The position numbers were made by a program, and so were the translations under genes. The notes below the pieces were generated by a model. It did not search any database. It was not told the DNA's origin and worked only from the letters and a program-made list of their open reading frames with translations. From contig JAJDFZ010000001.1 in NCBI GenBank assembly GCA_030269625.1, positions 680 to 64,679 of the forward strand: a stretch of 64,000 nucleotides of DNA. The letters are read 5' to 3'. Source of the stretch: Oxalobacter sp. OttesenSCG-928-P03 (lineage in GTDB: Bacteria > Pseudomonadota > Gammaproteobacteria > Burkholderiales > Burkholderiaceae_D). Of the stretch, positions 58,700-64,000 are shown in pieces. Numbering within the stretch: position 1 is the stretch's first letter; each line of letters opens with the position of its first letter.

Positions 58700-59407
58700 A
58701 TGAAAATATTTCCCGGATCATTCCTCTTACGGCTTGCCCCGGTTATTTTTTCAGTTGTACTGGCGGGGTGTGCGCCTGCATCACCATCCATTCATACCAT
58801 GCCAGATGATTTTGTTTATGTCAGCGATATCGCACCGGATGTGCAGCTGGATATCCGCTACTACAGCAGCAACAATTTTTTGGGAACCCGGGTAGAGGGC
58901 TATGAAGCCCCGGTCGCCATCCTCAGCAGACCGGCAGCCATCGCACTCAAAAAGGCCAGTGACACTTTCATGGCGCAGGGCTACGCTATCCGTATTTTTG
59001 ACGCCTACCGCCCCCAAACCGCTGTCAACCATTTCATCCGCTGGGCCGAAAATCCGGCTGATACCCGGACACAGGCCGATTATTACCCGCACCTGGACAA
59101 GCCATCGCTCTTCGCGCAGGGATATATTGCCGCGCGCTCCAGCCATTCGCGGGGCAGCACGGTTGACCTGACGCTGGTTGACATCAAAACCGGCAGGGAA
59201 CTGGACATGGGCTCGCCCTTCGACTTTTTCGACCCGGTATCCCACCACGGCGCCACGCGCCTCACGGCCGAACAGATCGCCAACCGGAAACGCCTGACAC
59301 ACACCATGAAAGCACACGGATTTACGGCCTATCCCTGGGAGTGGTGGCACTACACACTTGAAAACGAGCCTTATCCCGACAGTTACTTTGATTTCGCTGT
59401 CCGGTAA
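58700..59407 (+). CDS. D-Ala-D-Ala dipeptidase (VanX/DdpX, peptidase M15D), predicted lipoprotein
   Basis: DAYRP, SSHSRGSTVDLT, DMGSPFDFF, EWWHY; lipobox LAGC. Confidence 0.9.
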   Translation: MKIFPGSFLLRLAPVIFSVVLAGCAPASPSIHTMPDDFVYVSDIAPDVQLDIRYYSSNNFLGTRVEGYEAPVAILSRPAAIALKKASDTFMAQGYAIRIFDAYRPQTAVNHFIRWAENPADTRTQADYYPHLDKPSLFAQGYIAARSSHSRGSTVDLTLVDIKTGRELDMGSPFDFFDPVSHHGATRLTAEQIANRKRLTHTMKAHGFTAYPWEWWHYTLENEPYPDSYFDFAVR

Positions 59408-59443
59408 AATAGCGAAAACCCTCACGTACGGAAAACCGGGACC

Positions 59444-60415
59444 ATGCAGATTCACAACATCACAAACGATATTGCCTTCATCACCCGCAACAAAAAAACA
59501 AAGGAGGCGGTGCTGCATGTCGAAAAAGACGTCCCCTGGAAAATCCATGCCGGAAAAAGCACCGGAAAAACCGCTGACCTGCCGCTCATCCTGTCAGGAG
59601 ACAAGGCCGGCACGTATCCCCTTCCCGTGGACCGGGCACGTCACGCCTGTTTTACTTTCCTGACGGCAGAGGAAACCCTGGTCCTTGCTGAAAACCATCT
59701 TCCGATGACCGGGGGATACAATATCCGTGACCTTGGCGGCTACCGGGGCGCCGATGGCAAACGCGTGGCATGGGGGAAATTTTTCCGCGCGGACGACCTG
59801 GCGCACCTGACTGATGAAGATGTTGCCTATCTGGCATCCATCCCCATTACCACCGTATTTGATTTCCGCACGCAAAGGGAAGTTGATTTCGCGCCGGACA
59901 GGCTGCCCTCCACCGTGAAAAACATTGTCCACCGTCCTTTGGCGCCCGGCAATGTCGCCCCTTCCGAGATACAGGACGGCAAGTTCGGCGCCTATGACGA
60001 TACGGCAACCTTCATGCATGTCGTCTATCGCGAACTGGTCGCCAGCGAAAGCATCAATGCGGTTTACCGCGAATTTTTCGCGCATATCGCAAATGAAAAC
60101 GAACTGCCCATCCTCTTTCACTGTACAGCCGGCAAGGACCGGACCGGGATCGCCGCCGCCTTCCTGCTTTTTGCGCTCGGCGTGGACAAGGAAACGATTC
60201 TCCAGGATTACATCGATTCCAACCGTTACCTTTCCGGGAAATACACCCGCCTGACGCAGGACAACCCCCAACTGGCCGTGCTCTACAGCGTCACGCCCGG
60301 TTACCTGCTGACCGCGATTGAAACCATGGAACAAACCTGCCAAACCGTGGAAAACTACCTTTCACACGTGCTGGAAGTGGATCTTGCCGCCCTGCGCGCA
60401 AAATATCTTTACTAG
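59444..60415 (+). CDS. protein-tyrosine/lipid phosphatase (Y_phosphatase3 family)
   Basis: YNIRDLGGY, DFRT, HCTAGKDRTG. Confidence 0.9.
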   Translation: MQIHNITNDIAFITRNKKTKEAVLHVEKDVPWKIHAGKSTGKTADLPLILSGDKAGTYPLPVDRARHACFTFLTAEETLVLAENHLPMTGGYNIRDLGGYRGADGKRVAWGKFFRADDLAHLTDEDVAYLASIPITTVFDFRTQREVDFAPDRLPSTVKNIVHRPLAPGNVAPSEIQDGKFGAYDDTATFMHVVYRELVASESINAVYREFFAHIANENELPILFHCTAGKDRTGIAAAFLLFALGVDKETILQDYIDSNRYLSGKYTRLTQDNPQLAVLYSVTPGYLLTAIETMEQTCQTVENYLSHVLEVDLAALRAKYLY

Positions 60416-60505
60416 AAGACCGGTTGTTTGCCCGCGACAGCGGCTTTTTGACAAAAACCGCCCATGATTCAGCCTGTTGCATTTTTCGGGTGCACTTATC
60501 TCTTC

Positions 60506-60532
60506 TAAAGTTTACGGATAAACAGTCGAAAA
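60506..60532 (+). promoter_or_regulatory. sigma-28 (FliA)-type promoter
   Basis: TAAAGTTT-N11-GTCGAAAA: perfect extended -35 and exact spacing. Confidence 0.7.
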
Positions 60533-60580
60533 TATTGTTAAGAGTATTTTTATACCCAACACCTTTGCAGGAGGCACCTC

Positions 60581-61180
60581 ATGAGTATTACCAGCATTGG
60601 CAGCAGTGCCAATTTAACCGCTGCCCGGCAAACCACTTCGACTGCCGGGCTGAACAACGAAGGCAAAGCCTACCTGGAGCAGCTTCGCAACAGCAACCCC
60701 GGCCTGAACATTGTTGTCAAAAACATCGGCACTGACAAGCAATACGAGGACTTTATGTTCAGCGCCATGGGAACCCATAACAGTGTTGCCGTGCCTGCCG
60801 GCGTTATCAACAGGATGGCATCAGACCCCTCCTATGCCGCAGAAATGGAAGGGCGTCTTTCAAACCTGCCCGATGAACTGGCAGAGATCAAAAAGGCGTG
60901 CGAGGCTGGCGGTTCCACTGTCTATGCCGTGGGTGCGGTAGTTGATAAGGATGGAAAAATAACCTATTGGGCCATTGGCGGTGACTCCAGACCCAGGGAG
61001 GCCCCCGGCAGCAAAAATAAAGAGTGGCTGGAAAAACAACTGGAGGAAAAGCGGGAAAAGGCGGCAGAAGAGCTTCGGCTTCAAAAAGCCGAGCAAAAGC
61101 AGGAATTGATTGATAAGCTGATCAATAGCAGGAATGATGCCGAGCCCAGACGGCAAAACGGCATCATCGCTATTGCCTGA
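60581..61180 (+). CDS. DUF6033-like protein
   Basis: YLEQL, VAVPAGVINRMASDP, GAVVDKDGKITYW, charged coiled C-terminus; RBS AGGAGG; no Sec signal. Confidence 0.75.
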   Translation: MSITSIGSSANLTAARQTTSTAGLNNEGKAYLEQLRNSNPGLNIVVKNIGTDKQYEDFMFSAMGTHNSVAVPAGVINRMASDPSYAAEMEGRLSNLPDELAEIKKACEAGGSTVYAVGAVVDKDGKITYWAIGGDSRPREAPGSKNKEWLEKQLEEKREKAAEELRLQKAEQKQELIDKLINSRNDAEPRRQNGIIAIA

Positions 61181-61248
61181 AGATGTTGCGCCGGGATTTG
61201 TTTCAGGTCTTTATGGCGTAAACAGGCCTCGGCACCTGCCTGACGGCA

Positions 61249-62235
61249 TCAGCCCACGCTGACGACCACCCGTCCCTTTATCCGGCCTGCCATCAGGTCC
61301 GGAATCGTTGTCAGCACCTCATCCAAGCTGATTTCATGGCTGATCTCCCCCAAAAGCCCGGCATCAACAATTTCCGCCAGCCGCCGCCAGGCTTCATTGC
61401 GCTTTTCCGGCGGACATTTCACGCTGTCGATGCCTGCCAGGGTCACCCCCCGCAGGATAAAAGGCGCCACACTGCCGGGAAAATCCAGGCTTTCCGCCAT
61501 GCCGCAGGCCGCAACCGTGCCGCCATAGCGGATGCTGGCGCAGACATTGGCCAGCGTTTGCCCGCCAACAGAATCAATCGCCGCCACCCACTGTTCTTTC
61601 ATCAGGGGCGTCCCCTTTGCAGAAAGCGTTGAACGGTCAATTATCTCGGCAGCGCCCAGCTTGTTGATCAGGTAATCCGTGTCCGGCCTGCCAGTCGACG
61701 CCGTTACCCGGTAACCCAGGCGCGCAAGCAGTGCAGTGGCAAAGCTCCCTACCCCGCCGCTGGCGCCAGTGACCAGGACAGGCCCTTTTTCAGGGGTGAT
61801 ACCGTTAAATTCAAGCGCCATGACCGAAAGCATTGCCGTATAACCGGCTGTCCCGATTGCCATCGCATCCTTCGGACTCAGGCTCTCCGGCAGGCAAGTC
61901 AGCCAGTCGCCGTTGACCCGTGCTTTTTCGGCCAGGCCGCCCCAGCGCGTTTCTCCCAGGCCCCAGCCATTCAGGAAAACGACATCGCCTTTTTTGTATT
62001 CCGGATGGCGGCTTTCATCAACCACGCCGGCAAAATCAATACCCGGCACCATCGGAAAACTGCGCACAACCGGCTTTTTACCGGTAATTGCCAGCCCATC
62101 CTTGTAATTCAGCGAAGAATAGCTGACAAGAACCGTCACATCGCCCTCAGGCAATTGTGACTCATCCAGTTCCCTGATTTCAGCCCTGTAACCATCCTGG
62201 GCGTCATTTTCAATTACAACTGCCTTGAATATCAT
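61249..62235 (-). CDS. acuI: AcuI/YhdH-type MDR oxidoreductase, second paralogue
   Basis: SSLNYKD, PMVPGID, GTAGYTA, GASGGVGS, VAPFILRGVTLAGIDSV. Confidence 0.9.
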   Translation of the reverse strand: MIFKAVVIENDAQDGYRAEIRELDESQLPEGDVTVLVSYSSLNYKDGLAITGKKPVVRSFPMVPGIDFAGVVDESRHPEYKKGDVVFLNGWGLGETRWGGLAEKARVNGDWLTCLPESLSPKDAMAIGTAGYTAMLSVMALEFNGITPEKGPVLVTGASGGVGSFATALLARLGYRVTASTGRPDTDYLINKLGAAEIIDRSTLSAKGTPLMKEQWVAAIDSVGGQTLANVCASIRYGGTVAACGMAESLDFPGSVAPFILRGVTLAGIDSVKCPPEKRNEAWRRLAEIVDAGLLGEISHEISLDEVLTTIPDLMAGRIKGRVVVSVG

Positions 62236-62631
62236 GGTTATTCCTTATTCTTTTTTGATCATGTTATCTTCCTTGCCGGAAGGATAACATGCTCCGGCAC
62301 CCTGGCAGACCGCTTCAATCCTGGCCTGACGCTTTGAATCGCGTCATGCTAAATAACGTGTATGCATAAACATATTTCATAAGAAACTGATGCGTTTTTA
62401 TTTGTAAGTATAAAATTGCTTTACAGGCAGGAATAAATTCCATCAGGAAGATTTTCCTATAAAATGACAACCGCTGGATTTTCCAGTTAACAAAAAAACA
62501 TAAGATAAAAAAACAATAAAATTTAAAAATAAAAAATAAATAAAAGGTTATCAAAAGCCGAAAAGCAGGAAGGCAGTCCAGACAGGCTGCTGTGAACGAT
62601 CACAATACAAAAATATTAGAGGAATACAGAC

Positions 62632-63192
62632 GTGAAAGCCCGTAGACTTGAATTGGATTCGCTTCCTTCAGTCACTATGGTCCCACCGACCGGTGACGCC
62701 AGGACAAAAAAAGCGAAAAGTGGGCGTGCAGTTAAAAAAGGAAGCAGCACCGCCAAGAAACAGAAATCGAAGGTCCAACTCTCAAAAGAACAGCAGGAGT
62801 TGGTTGATATCAAAAACACGCTCGGCCTTCGGCACCAGGATTTTGCCATTATGCTGGATATCGGCCTGCCACGGCTGTCATCCTACACCTACGGAAGAAC
62901 CGCTTCCGTACCGGCTGAAGTCATGAATAATGCCCGCCAGCTTCTGGCAGAAAACAGCAAAATCTCCATGCAGATCAGGGAAAAGTTTTCCCGCCCCATG
63001 TCAGAAATTCTGAACGAGTGGGCAGAAAAACTGGGAACCCGTTCAGACGCCCAGCTAGCAGCCATGCTGGGGGTGGTCGGCATGACCATCAACCGCTGGA
63101 AGAAAAACGAAACCCGCCCGGATCTAAGTGCGTTAAACCGCTATGACCGTATTGTGGAGCTGATTGTCAGCAATACCAAAATCCGCAAATAA
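62632..63192 (+). CDS. putative DNA-binding protein with two XRE-like HTH units and a basic N-terminal tail
   Basis: LGLRHQDFAIMLDIGLPRLSSYTYG and QLAAMLGVVGMTINRWKKNETRP; GTG start with RBS GAGG. Confidence 0.75.
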   Translation: MKARRLELDSLPSVTMVPPTGDARTKKAKSGRAVKKGSSTAKKQKSKVQLSKEQQELVDIKNTLGLRHQDFAIMLDIGLPRLSSYTYGRTASVPAEVMNNARQLLAENSKISMQIREKFSRPMSEILNEWAEKLGTRSDAQLAAMLGVVGMTINRWKKNETRPDLSALNRYDRIVELIVSNTKIRK

Positions 63193-63238
63193 CCTGTCCC
63201 TTTCCCCGGGCTTCCAGCGGAAGCGGACAGCAACGAAG

Positions 63239-63281
63239 ATGGCCTGCTTTTCATGAAAACAATGAAAAGCAGGCCATTTTT
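63239..63281 (+). terminator. intrinsic terminator
   Basis: perfect 16-bp inverted repeat ATGGCCTGCTTTTCAT/ATGAAAAGCAGGCCAT followed by a T-run. Confidence 0.75.
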
Positions 63282-63423
63282 CCATTTCTGCCAAAATTAG
63301 GGCATAATAGATTTATCTGATCCCGGTGTTCACTGGGTCTTCTCCCCCAAACGCTCGCCAGAGCCGTCTCCCGATTATTTTTATCATTAAAGCCATATGA
63401 AAAAAATTACGCCAGAGAGCCTG

Positions 63424-64000
63424 ATGCAAATAGATCCGTCCATTTTCCCGCCGGAACTGCTTGGCCGGATGACGTTTACCATCACGCCCCCGACAAAAGA
63501 CCCGCTCCCCCCCGGCCTGCACAGCCTTGGCCTGGCCGAAGAACGCGACACCCTCCTGCTTGTTCCCGAAGGCCTGGAACCCAGCAGGCCCGTTCCCCTT
63601 TTCGTGATGTTTCATGGTGCCAGCGGCAGCGCGGAAAAAGTCATGCCCTTTGTGACTGACTACGCCCACAAGCACAAGTTCATCATCATGCTGCCCCAGT
63701 CAACCTACTATACCTGGGACCTCACTATCGGCGGACACGGCCCTGACCTGGACCGGCTTGGCAAGGCGCTGAATATCGTTTCATCCCATTTTGCCATTGA
63801 CCCCGAACATTTTGCGCTTGCCGGATTTTCCGATGGCGCCAGCTATGCCCTGTCAACCGGCCTGACGAATGGTGACCTGATCTCGCACATCATCGTGCTT
63901 TCCGGCGGCTTCATGAATGTCTACATGAAAACCGGCAAACCCCGGGTTTTTATTACCCACAGCCCGGAAGACGAACAGCTCAACATCAAGACAAGCGCTC
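63424..64000 (+). CDS. alpha/beta hydrolase (phospholipase/carboxylesterase), runs off the right edge
   Basis: Not in ORF track; hand translation MQIDPSIFPPELLGR...VMFHGASG...AGFSDGASYALS (GxSxG nucleophile); alternative in-frame ATG at 63397. Confidence 0.85.
   Translation, partial: MQIDPSIFPPELLGRMTFTITPPTKDPLPPGLHSLGLAEERDTLLLVPEGLEPSRPVPLFVMFHGASGSAEKVMPFVTDYAHKHKFIIMLPQSTYYTWDLTIGGHGPDLDRLGKALNIVSSHFAIDPEHFALAGFSDGASYALSTGLTNGDLISHIIVLSGGFMNVYMKTGKPRVFITHSPEDEQLNIKTSA

Noticed and set aside
58700..59407. Vancomycin resistance locus
   Set aside because: Only a VanX-family peptidase; no vanH, vanA/B or vanRS
56924..62235. Segmental duplication of the window start (DUF6033, OYE and acuI appear at both ends)
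   Set aside because: Gene order and orientation differ, the OYEs belong to different subfamilies, and no extended DNA identity is visible

Overview
Gene-dense bacterial chromosomal window of about 55 CDSs. I see no rRNA, tRNA, CRISPR array, integrase or transposase. The Burkholderiales-style chemoreceptor, kup and emrAB, alongside anaerobe-type genes (class III RNR), suggest a motile anaerobic betaproteobacterium such as Oxalobacter; this is inference only. Content: redox/electrophile detoxification enzymes (2 old yellow enzymes, 2 AcuI/YhdH, ADH, AKR, GloA, nitroreductase, OsmC), an EmrAB-OMF efflux operon with TetR, nrdDG, a metal-homeostasis block (CopA, CDF, MntP, ZrgABCD-Zur), an MFS-PlsC-ACP-acyl ligase fusion, and several orphans. 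Most interesting signals: (1) a dispersed set of orphan genes (two DUF6033-like paralogues, a DUF4885-like protein, a secreted protein), each preceded by a sigma-28/FliA-type promoter, possibly substrates of flagellar export; (2) a PadR/PhaQ-type regulator with a CopY-like CxC-x4-CxC Cys-rich N-terminus and its own palindromic operator directly upstream of copA; (3) an internal RBS+ATG in copA that could release a free CopZ; (4) a stand-alone RnfC/RnfD pair whose RnfD lacks the flavinylation motif; (5) a uORF/terminator attenuator upstream of a MATE pump; (6) an unannotated 26-aa hydrophobic sORF with its own terminator. All family assignments come from motif recognition, not database searches.
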